A DNA stretch of 64,000 nucleotides from Promethearchaeia archaeon (GTDB lineage Archaea; Asgardarchaeota; Lokiarchaeia; Sigyniarchaeales; SOKP01), in contig JAHQWJ010000080.1 of the NCBI GenBank assembly GCA_029856125.1, positions 32,001-96,000 on the forward strand. Reading direction: 5' to 3'. The position numbers and the translations under genes were made by a program. Each line of letters opens with the position of its first letter. Positions within the stretch are counted from its first letter, which is position 1. Below, piece after piece: positions 9,545 through 19,199 of the stretch. Below the pieces are notes generated by a model. The model did not search any database. It saw nothing but the letters and a program-made list of their open reading frames with translations, and was not told where the DNA came from.

Positions 9545-10705
9545 TTGAAACCAATTGTCGCATTATCTTATTTTCATCGAAAGATTGGTCCACTAGTGTT
9601 TTATTCATATCCTGAAAATATGCTAGGTGAACAACTTTCAACGAGAATAGCGAATATAATGGATCAAACAGTAAGCGAAGGATTTTTTACTCATTCTTTT
9701 GAACAAAATATCTCAAACAACTATTATTTTGAAATTCATTCTGATTGGGCTCGTGGAAATAAGGAAATGTTAATGGTCTCTATAATTTTTGATCAACAAA
9801 TAAATTTGGAAATAGAGCAAAATGTAAACATCTTATGCACTGAATTTCTTGAAAAATTGCTCTCTAATGAGGAAATTTTCACTGCGTTTTATGTAAATGA
9901 TATAAATAATTTTGAGGAACAAGACAAAGACCTTATCTATAAAAACAATTCTTTAATAAAATTATGGGTTAAGGAATTATATTGGGCAGCACTTGAAGAT
10001 ACAAGAGAAAAAAGCGAGGAAGAGAAGATTGCCACATTATTAAATAAAAGACATGTTTTTTTAATGTTAAAGAAACTTTCAAAAGGCCCAATTGCTTTAG
10101 ATGGATTAAGAGAATGGTATAACACCGCGTTTCCAAAATTAGATTTTAAAGAGTTAATCGACACTTTAGTCTCCAAACAGTTTATTTTCATAAATCAAAT
10201 TGGGATTGTAGAAAAGTACGTGTTATTATTGAAGGAAGTTAATGCTGAAAGAATACCCCCCGATAGCGTAATTGAATATATTGATGAAAATCCCGATTTA
10301 ATTGAACTTGAACTAATTGAATTATTACTTCCAAAAGTACAAGAGTATTTTAGTATTTATGAAAATAAAAATCAAAAAGAATTGGAGGAAGATACATTCG
10401 CTTTATTTCAAATTGTTTCTGATCCAAAAAAATACAATCTGCTATCAGAATTAAGAAATGGGCTAATTTCAAAAGATAAATTACCAAAATTAGTCTCAAA
10501 AAGAGCACTTGACCACCTCAACTCTTCATTGTCCTTCCTAAAAAAATATGATGTAATTGAAGAATTAAAATATAAAGACGAACGATATATTTTTTTAAAA
10601 ACTGATATTCAGATCAGTACGGCCTTTCCCGAGTATTTGAGAAAATCGTTGCCTCAGGAATCTAAGCCAGTAATTGCAAAAAAGTATAAACCAAAAGGAG
10701 ATTAG
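9545..10705 (+). CDS. Longin/uDENN-like domain protein with probable C-terminal winged helices
   Basis: N-terminus VALSYFHRKIGPLVFYSYP matches the uDENN/NPR2-type FHxxxGP start; two later segments have a wHTH-like pattern. Confidence 0.6.
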   Translation: MKPIVALSYFHRKIGPLVFYSYPENMLGEQLSTRIANIMDQTVSEGFFTHSFEQNISNNYYFEIHSDWARGNKEMLMVSIIFDQQINLEIEQNVNILCTEFLEKLLSNEEIFTAFYVNDINNFEEQDKDLIYKNNSLIKLWVKELYWAALEDTREKSEEEKIATLLNKRHVFLMLKKLSKGPIALDGLREWYNTAFPKLDFKELIDTLVSKQFIFINQIGIVEKYVLLLKEVNAERIPPDSVIEYIDENPDLIELELIELLLPKVQEYFSIYENKNQKELEEDTFALFQIVSDPKKYNLLSELRNGLISKDKLPKLVSKRALDHLNSSLSFLKKYDVIEELKYKDERYIFLKTDIQISTAFPEYLRKSLPQESKPVIAKKYKPKGD

Positions 10706-10711
10706 GATTCT

Positions 10712-10963
10712 ATGAGTAAGGAGGAAGAATCTCTTCAAGATTTAAAATGCTTACTTGGGAACATGGGTATTGAAATATTTTTCGCAATCGAAAAGGGAGC
10801 AAAAGATTATGAAAGTATGAAATTATTCTCAGGATTACCAATGGCTTGCATTAAAGGACGGGTACCGGTTCTCCTCGAATTAAAACTCGTAAAAAAAGAT
10901 ATCGAGGGTTATATTTTAACGAAAAAGGGTTTGAGCTTTAAGAAAAAGATCGAAAACGATTAA
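10712..10963 (+). CDS. Small winged helix-turn-helix protein
   Basis: FSGLPMACIKGRVPVLLELKLV...GYILTKKG wing motif. Confidence 0.7.
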   Translation: MSKEEESLQDLKCLLGNMGIEIFFAIEKGAKDYESMKLFSGLPMACIKGRVPVLLELKLVKKDIEGYILTKKGLSFKKKIEND

Positions 10964-10970
10964 TCAATAA

Positions 10971-11053
10971 ATTTAAATTTCAGTTTGGGGCGACAGCGTC
11001 ATCGCTTTGAGCAAAGCTCTTTCGATTGTCATAAGTTCATCATTAATTTAAAT
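10971..11053 (-). ncRNA. Box C/D guide sRNA
   Basis: Minus strand: C box ATGATGA (11043-11037), internal hairpin GAGC-TTT-GCTC, C'-like GCGATGA, D box CTGA (10983-10980), closed by a perfect 9-bp terminal stem ATTTAAATT/AATTTAAAT; GC-rich island between convergent genes. Confidence 0.8.
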
Positions 11054-11063
11054 TCTTATTTCT

Positions 11064-11609
11064 TTATAATTCACCGTCAGTTAAATTTTTTTTCCTAGGG
11101 AATTTCCTTTCGTAATATCCTGGCGTTTTTAAACCACCAGATTCAAGAATTAATTCTTTTAATCCCCCCTCTTCCTTTAAACGGTTTTTTATTCTGTGAT
11201 AATCCATGGGACTTAATTTTTTTTGTTCTAAAAGAAAGTCCAATATTTTTAAAGCATCCTTGGTTTCTGTGCATCTTCTGAGGAAGTCAATAACTCTAGG
11301 ATTTTTTAAATCTTCGCAATAGGGTTCTTTTGGAAGCCCTAGAATCTCTGCTTGTTCCGGCTCGATATCATCACCCACTCCTTCGATCTTGAGAGTTTTT
11401 TTTTTAACAGATAATTCATGCATTAATTGAGGGAATTGAGCCTCTAAATCGCTTTTATCGTATGAAAGGTTCAATCCCTCTTCATCGCTAATTTCAAGGT
11501 TTTTCTTCAATTTAATTTCTAGAGTATTTTTCACTTTGTTTTCTTCTTCTTTTTCTTTCATTTCCTTATTTGCTATTTTATTTTTTCTGATATTTTTCTT
11601 ATTTTCCAT
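11064..11609 (-). CDS. DUF2095-like protein
   Basis: FPQLMHEL, NPRVIDFLRRC...ALKILDFL, GGLKTPGYYER pattern. Confidence 0.75.
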   Translation of the reverse strand: MENKKNIRKNKIANKEMKEKEEENKVKNTLEIKLKKNLEISDEEGLNLSYDKSDLEAQFPQLMHELSVKKKTLKIEGVGDDIEPEQAEILGLPKEPYCEDLKNPRVIDFLRRCTETKDALKILDFLLEQKKLSPMDYHRIKNRLKEEGGLKELILESGGLKTPGYYERKFPRKKNLTDGEL

Positions 11610-11763
11610 GTTCCAAGTGATAACACATTCAAGGTTGTATTAGGTATAATTATAAATTTAAAACTATAAAATTATCGACAATCATATAAAAAGATGAAAT
11701 AATAAAATTAATTAATTTTCCATTATTTCAACATTTATTATACTATTGGAGTTTGCTTAAATC

Positions 11764-12348
11764 TTGAAGTCTGGATATAGTTATGTGAAAGATACATTCG
11801 AAAAACACGAAACTGGATATCAAACTAATCACTGGAATAGAGGAATTGAATATAGAAAAGGAAAGTCTATCGAACGAGTTGAAAAACCGACTAAATTGCA
11901 TAGAGCACGTACTTTAGGGTATAAGGCAAAACAAGGATATGTGGTTGTTCGAGCTAGAATCCGAAAAGGTGGGATGCATAAAGTTAGACCTAAAAGAGGG
12001 AGAAAACCTCGAGCAATGGGTGTTTCTAAGTACACAACTGGTAAAAATTTACAATGGGTAGCTGAAGAACGCGTACAGCGAAAATATCCAAATTTAGAGG
12101 TTCTGAATAGCTATAAAGTATATGCCGATGGAAGGAATTGGTACTACGAAGTTATTATGGTGGACAAGAATCATCCAGTTATTAAATCAGACCCAAAAAT
12201 TAATTGGATTTGCGAACCTCAACACACAAGAAGAGTAACTCGTGGTTTATCTGCTTCTGGAAAGAAAGCACGTGGATTAAATAAGAAGGGATGGGGTTCT
12301 GAAAAAACTCGACCAAGCTTAGGTGCTAATAAGGGGCGTGGCAAGTAA
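11764..12348 (+). CDS. rpl15e: 50S ribosomal protein L15e
   Basis: RARTLGYKAKQGYVVVRARIRKGG, AEERVQRKYPNLEVLNSY, RGLSASGKKARGL. Confidence 0.98.
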   Translation: MKSGYSYVKDTFEKHETGYQTNHWNRGIEYRKGKSIERVEKPTKLHRARTLGYKAKQGYVVVRARIRKGGMHKVRPKRGRKPRAMGVSKYTTGKNLQWVAEERVQRKYPNLEVLNSYKVYADGRNWYYEVIMVDKNHPVIKSDPKINWICEPQHTRRVTRGLSASGKKARGLNKKGWGSEKTRPSLGANKGRGK

Positions 12349-12471
12349 CTTTTAATTTTAACACTTACTCCTCTTAAAAAAGTTCTAATTTTTACTTCAA
12401 AACTTTAATAATTATAGGAAACTTTGATATTTTGATCTAATTTTTCTGATGAAATCTTGAGATTGTTCAAT

Positions 12472-12663
12472 ATGGAGCTAGATAATTTTGCTAGAGATTA
12501 TATTTTTTTAGGATTGCGGATCAACAAACATATCAATGGATATGTTGAACATTATTATGGTCCTCCCAAAAAAAAAAGAATGATGGTTTCTCATCAAGAG
12601 AAACTTACGGAACTGCATCTCCTGCGTGTGGCATGTTTGTTTTCACCATATACATTACTTTAA
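12472..12663 (+). pseudogene. Truncated/internally deleted remnant of a DUF885-like gene, paralogue of 34461..35672
   Basis: FARDYIFLGLRINKHINGYVEHYYGP aligns with FGEDFLLLALRINKHIKGYVDFYYGP of the 403-aa gene, then degenerates after an A10 run. Confidence 0.75.
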
Positions 12664-12863
12664 AAATCTAATTACTTACAATAAAAATTCAAAAAAGACA
12701 TATTAAAACAACACCATTTTTACTGAAATAATATTAAGTGAGAAGTAATTAATACCACAAAGTTATCCCTTGTCTTATCTACTTAGTAATAAAAGTAAAA
12801 TTTTAATTAATTGCAAATTATTTAATTATATTAAAACAAAATAATATATTTTTTTAGAACTCA

Positions 12864-12998
12864 GGACTCGTAGCCTAGCATGGCTGTTTTTACTCCAGTA
12901 TAAATGGTGTAAATAGGGCGTCGGACTTCTAATCCGAATGTCGCAGGTTCGAAATTATGAATTAAAAAATAATTCAAACGAATATCCTGCCGGGTCCG
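12864..12998 (+). tRNA. tRNA-Arg(TCT) with two non-canonical introns (12884-12912 in the D-loop; 12954-12984 in the T-loop)
   Basis: Exons join to GGACTCG TA GCCT AGCATGGATA GGGC G TCGGA CTTCTAA TCCGA ATGTC GCAGG TTCGAAT CCTGC CGGGTCC G; both introns fold into bulge-helix-bulge motifs; anticodon at 12928-12930. Confidence 0.92.
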
Positions 12999-13181
12999 CT
13001 TAATTTCAAAATAAGAATATTATATATGGCTTGAACTCATCGTAAGCAGGTGATTTAAGTCTAAAGGATAAATCTTTTCTACAAAAATTAATAAATCATT
13101 AATATGAGTTTTTTTTTATATTTGATGCATATTAGATAATAAATTAATATTTTTGAATAACCTTTATGAACCAAGAATTCC

Positions 13182-13907
13182 ATGCTAAAGAAAAAATTAT
13201 TTATTCATCAAAATATCCCATATGCCTTTAACTGGAATATCGTACACCATAAACAAAAAATTTCCCCTAAGAACCCTTATCGAGAGGAATTTAAAAACTT
13301 AGGTTCTTATTTTAAGAAGATTTACCAAGGGACCATACCGAATGAGTTATTCAATATACGGAACCTTCCGCGCGTCTCGCAATTTAAGATCAGAGGATTG
13401 AAACCCGCCTTTATAAATAGTTTTAGTAAAAGTTTAATTCGAGAGGGAAAAATAACGCATTATGGTTCAGATTCAAAATTACCTAATTATGCCAATAATG
13501 TTTATGAAAATTTTAGAATTAATGAAATTGGTAAAAAACCTGGACACGAACCGATTCTAAAGAATATTTTAATCAAAGATAGCAATTCTGTTGCGATTGA
13601 AATACCCATATGGAAAAAAATTGATAATAAAGTAATAACCGGACATATTGATCTTATCCAAATTGAAAATAATCTCGTCAAGGTAATAGATTATAAACCA
13701 GAAGGAAAATTTATGATTTCTCTACCACAAGTTGCCACATATGGTCTTTTAATTAAGTCTATGTTCAATTTACATAAAATTAAGTGCGTTTCCTTTAATA
13801 AGAAGGAGGCTTGGGAATACGATCCAGATATTTTATTGTCTGATGTTAAAAACTACTTAATCTCACAGAGAATTAACAATAGAAATTGGGAAGATTTCTT
13901 GATATAG
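13182..13907 (+). CDS. PD-(D/E)XK (RecB-like) nuclease family protein
   Basis: AIEIPIW...ITGHIDLIQ...VIDYKP...QVATYGL motifs. Confidence 0.82.
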   Translation: MLKKKLFIHQNIPYAFNWNIVHHKQKISPKNPYREEFKNLGSYFKKIYQGTIPNELFNIRNLPRVSQFKIRGLKPAFINSFSKSLIREGKITHYGSDSKLPNYANNVYENFRINEIGKKPGHEPILKNILIKDSNSVAIEIPIWKKIDNKVITGHIDLIQIENNLVKVIDYKPEGKFMISLPQVATYGLLIKSMFNLHKIKCVSFNKKEAWEYDPDILLSDVKNYLISQRINNRNWEDFLI

Positions 13908-13914
13908 GTAAAAT

Positions 13915-14187
13915 CTACTTCATTTTTGTTTTAGCTTTTTGGATTGATTTATTACGCCCCTCTTCTTTTGGAATGACATATCTTCGAAGTAATAAGTAAC
14001 TTATAATAATACCAATAACTTCAATGGTAATTCCAGCAAAAGCAATTATAGTTCCATTAAAACCAATAAATCTTAGGTATATTGCAAAACCTAAGCCAGA
14101 AATTGTAAGTCCTACTAGAAGTATTCCAATTAAAATCTGTGAAAACGAAGATTTTATGAATCCTAATTCCTTTTTAAACCAAGACAT
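13915..14187 (-). CDS. Small two-TM membrane protein
   Basis: Two hydrophobic segments and a basic tail. Confidence 0.7.
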   Translation of the reverse strand: MSWFKKELGFIKSSFSQILIGILLVGLTISGLGFAIYLRFIGFNGTIIAFAGITIEVIGIIISYLLLRRYVIPKEEGRNKSIQKAKTKMK

Positions 14188-14264
14188 AAGTAAATCAAAT
14201 TAATTAATAGAGTTTTAGTATAAAATTCTAAGTAAAGTAAATAATATTAATTTTAAAATTTTTG

Positions 14265-16661
14265 TTATTTTTTCGTTTTCTTCTTAAATTTGTAATAGAG
14301 AGTTTTATCTAGGATATTCCCAATTTTTTTGGCAATATCGTTGGAAATTTTGTAGCGTTCTCCTTCTATCATCTCTTTAATTTCTTCAGGATTCGGAGGT
14401 CGATTTAGCCTCTCAGAAAGTATATTATTAGTAAAAGCAGCTATTTCATGTTCTATTCTTTCTATATTGGGTAATTTCATATCTGGAACGAGGGATTTAA
14501 TTTTTTCGACCGCAAACAAATAAAACTCGCAGAATTTAGAAAAAATATCACCCTTTAATCCACTATGTAACTGAATTTGTTCGGTAAGTGTTTTTGTATC
14601 TTTTTCGCTCCAATAAAATTGACGTGGATTCATTCCACGGCGGCTAATTCCCATTAAATTTGATGTAATTTTACGTTCAATCCAATTAAATGTGCTTTCA
14701 TGACGTAATTTAATCAATTCTTTTTTCTTATCGTCCTTTATTTTCTTTTTTTCTACATTCGCACTTTCAATTTTAAGTTTTTCTAATTCTGCTAATTCTT
14801 CAAATCTTTTTATTAGATCGTAAGCTATACAATAGGATACAGGAGATACTAAATCCGCTCTTAGTTTTAAAGGTGATATGTCTTTATAAACATAACTTTC
14901 TTGGCTCTTTAACTCTGTCATACTTTCTTTCAGAGTTTTTATCTTCAAACGTGATAATATAAAACCATTTACAAGAAAAACTTGATTAACAGCATTAAAA
15001 ATTACTGCTAGTTCTTTTTGTCTTTTCATAATTCTCTCGATACTTAATTCCTCCAGTTTAACTTGAACCCAATCTTCAATACCTTTGTTTTCAATAACCG
15101 TCATTAGAGCCCGGGAGTAGATCGCCTTATCATTTGAAATAATACCATACAATTCTATTATCCTACTTAATTGTCTTAGAATTTTCGACAATAAATTGTA
15201 AAATAAATCTGTTACTATATTACTTAGTATCTCATCATAGTCAAGAAGAAGAATTATTTGAGAGTAATTGCTTAAATTCAAACCTTGAAAGAAAATCTTG
15301 TCGATAGTTTGTTTTTTCCTTACAAACTCTCTCAGATCGTTTATAGAAAATCCAGTTTTATTTTCTAAAATATCCCATAACTCGTCATATTCTGTTTCAT
15401 TTCTATAGAGAATTTTAAATAAATCAAATTCAACATTATCAGCAACTTTTGTAATAAATTTCTCAAGATACGGAAATTTCATGCTACATAATGCTTTTTT
15501 TGCCACATTGATCAAATTTTTTTGATTGTCATTTAATAGGATTAGATCTTGTTTTTTTATATTATATCTTATCATGCTTTTCTGTACATTTTCAGCTAAC
15601 TCATAATCAACATTCATTAAGTGTAAGGTATCCTTAATTCCTCTTTTATTAAGTAAAAAAATAGCATCCTCAAAACTTGATTCATTTAAACTTTGAAGGA
15701 AGTAGATAAAATCATTTGGATTTTTTTTTAACTGCTTAATTAGAGCAATTTTTAATTCTGAAAGAATATTATTTTCAAATTCATCATATTTTAGATCTTC
15801 TTTAAACGCGTTTTCAATTGATTTGATAGTTTCTTTTTTTAAATTATTCCCTTCGATAAAAGTTTTTAATCCAGATATAGATATAGGGAATTTATTTAAT
15901 TCATATTCCATTATGCGCTTTTTTATCATCCGGATAGGCATTGTTTGGATTTGTAATTCCTTATAGGATTTAAATTCAAATTGGTTTTGCATCCTCTCAA
16001 TTATTCTATTTAGAGTAAAAACTTCAATGAATTGGTCTTCCTTCTCTTCCTTTTCTAATTGTTCTTCAATTGGAAGCGAGATGCCTTTAAACGCAGCGCT
16101 TTCTTCTAAAATTTCCTGTTTTATGATTTCATTTAAGCCAATAATATCTCCTACAAAATCGTAAAAATAATAGGATGGTGATTTGGATATAATGTTCAAT
16201 AGTTCTCGTTCAATTTGAATTTCAATATCCTCTATTCTTTTTCTTCTCTGAGATTGTTGTAGACTACCTAGCCTGTCTTCTATTAACAAAGATATGAACA
16301 TATTTTCTAAATTAATAATTTCATCAAATAGAGCTCTTTCTAATTCAAAAGAATTTTTTAAAAAAGTCTCAACTTCTTCCATTAGAATCTGTTTCTCTTC
16401 CATTTCAAGTTGTTTAGTCGAATCAACTGTCAACTTGTTAGTATCTAAAGATTCATCTACTTTTATACCCATATAATGATACAAATGAACTGCTGCAGTA
16501 GCGATTAGAAGAGAGCGTAAGGTAGGTTCTTTACGAATCAATTCGAAAATTTTTTCTTTATCAGCTTCTCTTTTCAAATGGGAAATTATTAAATCTACAG
16601 TCTGAAAAAACCTAGAGGCACTTTCAGTCGCTGTTGATTTTCTTTTTACTCCGCTTATCAT
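14265..16661 (-). CDS. Large hypothetical, mostly alpha-helical protein
   Basis: ~800-aa ORF; likely start ATG 16661 overlaps the upstream stop (ATGA). Confidence 0.85.
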   Translation of the reverse strand: MISGVKRKSTATESASRFFQTVDLIISHLKREADKEKIFELIRKEPTLRSLLIATAAVHLYHYMGIKVDESLDTNKLTVDSTKQLEMEEKQILMEEVETFLKNSFELERALFDEIINLENMFISLLIEDRLGSLQQSQRRKRIEDIEIQIERELLNIISKSPSYYFYDFVGDIIGLNEIIKQEILEESAAFKGISLPIEEQLEKEEKEDQFIEVFTLNRIIERMQNQFEFKSYKELQIQTMPIRMIKKRIMEYELNKFPISISGLKTFIEGNNLKKETIKSIENAFKEDLKYDEFENNILSELKIALIKQLKKNPNDFIYFLQSLNESSFEDAIFLLNKRGIKDTLHLMNVDYELAENVQKSMIRYNIKKQDLILLNDNQKNLINVAKKALCSMKFPYLEKFITKVADNVEFDLFKILYRNETEYDELWDILENKTGFSINDLREFVRKKQTIDKIFFQGLNLSNYSQIILLLDYDEILSNIVTDLFYNLLSKILRQLSRIIELYGIISNDKAIYSRALMTVIENKGIEDWVQVKLEELSIERIMKRQKELAVIFNAVNQVFLVNGFILSRLKIKTLKESMTELKSQESYVYKDISPLKLRADLVSPVSYCIAYDLIKRFEELAELEKLKIESANVEKKKIKDDKKKELIKLRHESTFNWIERKITSNLMGISRRGMNPRQFYWSEKDTKTLTEQIQLHSGLKGDIFSKFCEFYLFAVEKIKSLVPDMKLPNIERIEHEIAAFTNNILSERLNRPPNPEEIKEMIEGERYKISNDIAKKIGNILDKTLYYKFKKKTKK

Positions 16662-18982
16662 AAATTTTTTATCCACTCTCTATAAACTTCCTTAAAATTG
16701 TCTGCAATATCATATTTTGCTTTATTGTGCCAGTATTTAAACTCAAAAACATGAAATAAGTCAGCGTTGAATAAGTCAATTTCTTCCGCAGTTAGTTCTT
16801 GTTTCAAAATCAAAGAAACTGGCCGAGGTATTAATTTTGAGAAATAACTGAGCTCCTTTTCCTTTACGTAATTATAAAATGTGTTCTGTTCATCAATACT
16901 AAGATATTTTTCAGGAGTGATTTTTTCTTGTTCAACTTTATATAAGTTAATTTCTTTTTCAACTTTATTTTGTACATACTTTGGAAATTCAGTTTTGATA
17001 CCAATACAAAACACATACTGTTTATAGAAATCTATTAAAATTTCTTTTTCTATGTCATTCGAAATTCTTAAAATATATTTGTCTAAAAATTTGAGGAACG
17101 TTTCTGGTTCTTGTTCGTCTGATTCTCGTTCTTCTAAATATTTTATAAATTCAAACAATGTTTCGTCTAAAGACCAATCTCGTATTTCTTCAATACTAAA
17201 AAAATTTTTAGCATAATCCTTTATCCATTCTAATATATATGTTTTCCAAGTTAAATTTATCGCTCCTATCCGCTTTTCTAAGAAACGATGGAATCTATTT
17301 GCAAAAGTTACTGGATCACTAATTTCTCCATCTGGTTCTTCTTTAAGAAAGCGATTTATCGTAGTATATCTCAGAATATAACTTAATAAATATTTTAATT
17401 CATCTGAGAAATGCTCAAATTTCTTTATATGTGAGTATATTAATTTTGAATCTTTTTCCATTTGGATTTCGGCGAAGGCAATTAAGTCACTAATGCTTAA
17501 ATTAATGCTATTAAAGAACGATTTGATGTTGTTATTTACTAACTTTTTAAATTCTTTGTTCAATACATCTTCGTTATAGGTACCAACTTTTAACAATACA
17601 ATTGGATTAATCTCTATCTGCGATATTAAATGTTGTTCGAATTTACTCAAAATATTTTGCCCTAAATTTTTAGAAGGTTTTTGTTCATTTTCAAATTTTT
17701 CGTGTAAAATTCTAATAAAGTGATAGGTCATGGTATTTAATCGATGGCGAGATAAGTATCGTGGAAACGAGTTTCTAATACAATTAATACTATTTTTAAC
17801 GACTTCTGCAAAGTAATTTATTACTGAATGTAATTCACTTGCCCTCAGCTTTCCTTCACTTATAATTGATAGAGTCATTGAACTTACAGCTAACTTGCTG
17901 ACATCCCTATAAAAATCAAGATTTTCTTCAGATTTGTCAATTATAAATGAGTTATATTTTTCTAACAACTCCGAGACATTCCCCAATTCGCCAGTTGTTA
18001 GGAAGTTCTTAGAAATTTTTAAAAAATTATCAACTTTGATATTTAAATCAGTTAACATCTTTTCCATATAAGAAATAATTTCGACACCAGAGAAGAGTTC
18101 TTGGTTTTTACTAAAACTTTCCTCGATTTTAGCAACAAAATATGATATAATTTTCTCTTGGATGTCATCTATTGTCCCAGTATTAGCTAATTTAAGTAAA
18201 TTGGTTCCTAGGATTAGTGTTTTTTCAACAATAAAATTTGCACTAGGCTCTGAAATAGCATATTTAAGGTGATCTATTGTTGACTTTCCAATATATGGCG
18301 ATTTTAGGCGATCATATTTTTGATCAGAAAATTTAATCTCAATGGGGCTTTTGTTCCAAAGATAATCTACATCCGTTCTTATAGATCCATAAGTAGACAA
18401 CATTCCTTTTTCAGTTGGTAAAGAAACACTTAAGCCTATTAGTTTTTTATTCCATTTATCCTCAATCAAATCTCCATAAAGTTTTTTGCTAAATCGAGTA
18501 GCAAATTTATTATAAACCTGAATTTTTTTTTGATGTTCTAATAATGGATGATTAGAAAACTCTTCTATTTCATAAAATAATTTACTTATATGATTAATTG
18601 ATTCTCTTGATTTGTGTGGATCTAAATATCCTGTTTCCGGTTTTAAAGCAAGTAATAAACTTTCACATTCCTTGTATTTACCGGGAATGAGTACCATCGA
18701 TTTTGGGTAAATATTCATTTGAGCGTCTTTTTGGTCGAAATTATACAATTCAAATTCTATTGAAAATACTTCAGAACCAGCAAAATCCCTCAGCATAGCA
18801 TTATACATTCGAAGATATGTTATTACCTCCTTAGAAAGCTCGTTAACCATTTCTTTAGTTAGTTTTCCAGGTCCTATTACATCTCCCGCTATTAAATCTG
18901 TTGGGCTAGAGTACCCAAAAATTAAAGAAAATTGAAAATTAATAGACTCACGTGTCGTTATCATAATTTCGTTTTTTTTCAA
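16658..18982 (-). CDS. Large hypothetical protein
   Basis: 774-aa ORF (start may be ATG 18964), translationally coupled to the downstream gene; no recognisable motif. Confidence 0.85.
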   Translation of the reverse strand: MKKNEIMITTRESINFQFSLIFGYSSPTDLIAGDVIGPGKLTKEMVNELSKEVITYLRMYNAMLRDFAGSEVFSIEFELYNFDQKDAQMNIYPKSMVLIPGKYKECESLLLALKPETGYLDPHKSRESINHISKLFYEIEEFSNHPLLEHQKKIQVYNKFATRFSKKLYGDLIEDKWNKKLIGLSVSLPTEKGMLSTYGSIRTDVDYLWNKSPIEIKFSDQKYDRLKSPYIGKSTIDHLKYAISEPSANFIVEKTLILGTNLLKLANTGTIDDIQEKIISYFVAKIEESFSKNQELFSGVEIISYMEKMLTDLNIKVDNFLKISKNFLTTGELGNVSELLEKYNSFIIDKSEENLDFYRDVSKLAVSSMTLSIISEGKLRASELHSVINYFAEVVKNSINCIRNSFPRYLSRHRLNTMTYHFIRILHEKFENEQKPSKNLGQNILSKFEQHLISQIEINPIVLLKVGTYNEDVLNKEFKKLVNNNIKSFFNSINLSISDLIAFAEIQMEKDSKLIYSHIKKFEHFSDELKYLLSYILRYTTINRFLKEEPDGEISDPVTFANRFHRFLEKRIGAINLTWKTYILEWIKDYAKNFFSIEEIRDWSLDETLFEFIKYLEERESDEQEPETFLKFLDKYILRISNDIEKEILIDFYKQYVFCIGIKTEFPKYVQNKVEKEINLYKVEQEKITPEKYLSIDEQNTFYNYVKEKELSYFSKLIPRPVSLILKQELTAEEIDLFNADLFHVFEFKYWHNKAKYDIADNFKEVYREWIKNL

Positions 18983-19199
18983 ATCTATTTTTATAAAAGA
19001 TAAAAATCATACATTTTAACCTTTAGCAATAGATTTTTTTTTAGCGTTTTGTGTTTTACTGCTTATCATTATTTTTCTATTATTAATTAATAATTGTGGA
19101 GAAGAAAAAATAAAGAAATAAAAAGTATCAATATTATATTAATAATACTTAAGTGAAGTAAAACCTCAAATAGTATTCTACCGTGGATGGTGATATGGA

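Noticed and set aside
13182-13907. Cas4 / CRISPR system
   Set aside because: Lacks the four-Cys Fe-S motif of Cas4; no other cas gene or repeat-spacer array in the window.
19016-19069. 17-aa uORF MISSKTQNAKKKSIAKG upstream of the 774-aa gene
   Set aside because: No SD, bias or structure that distinguishes it from chance.
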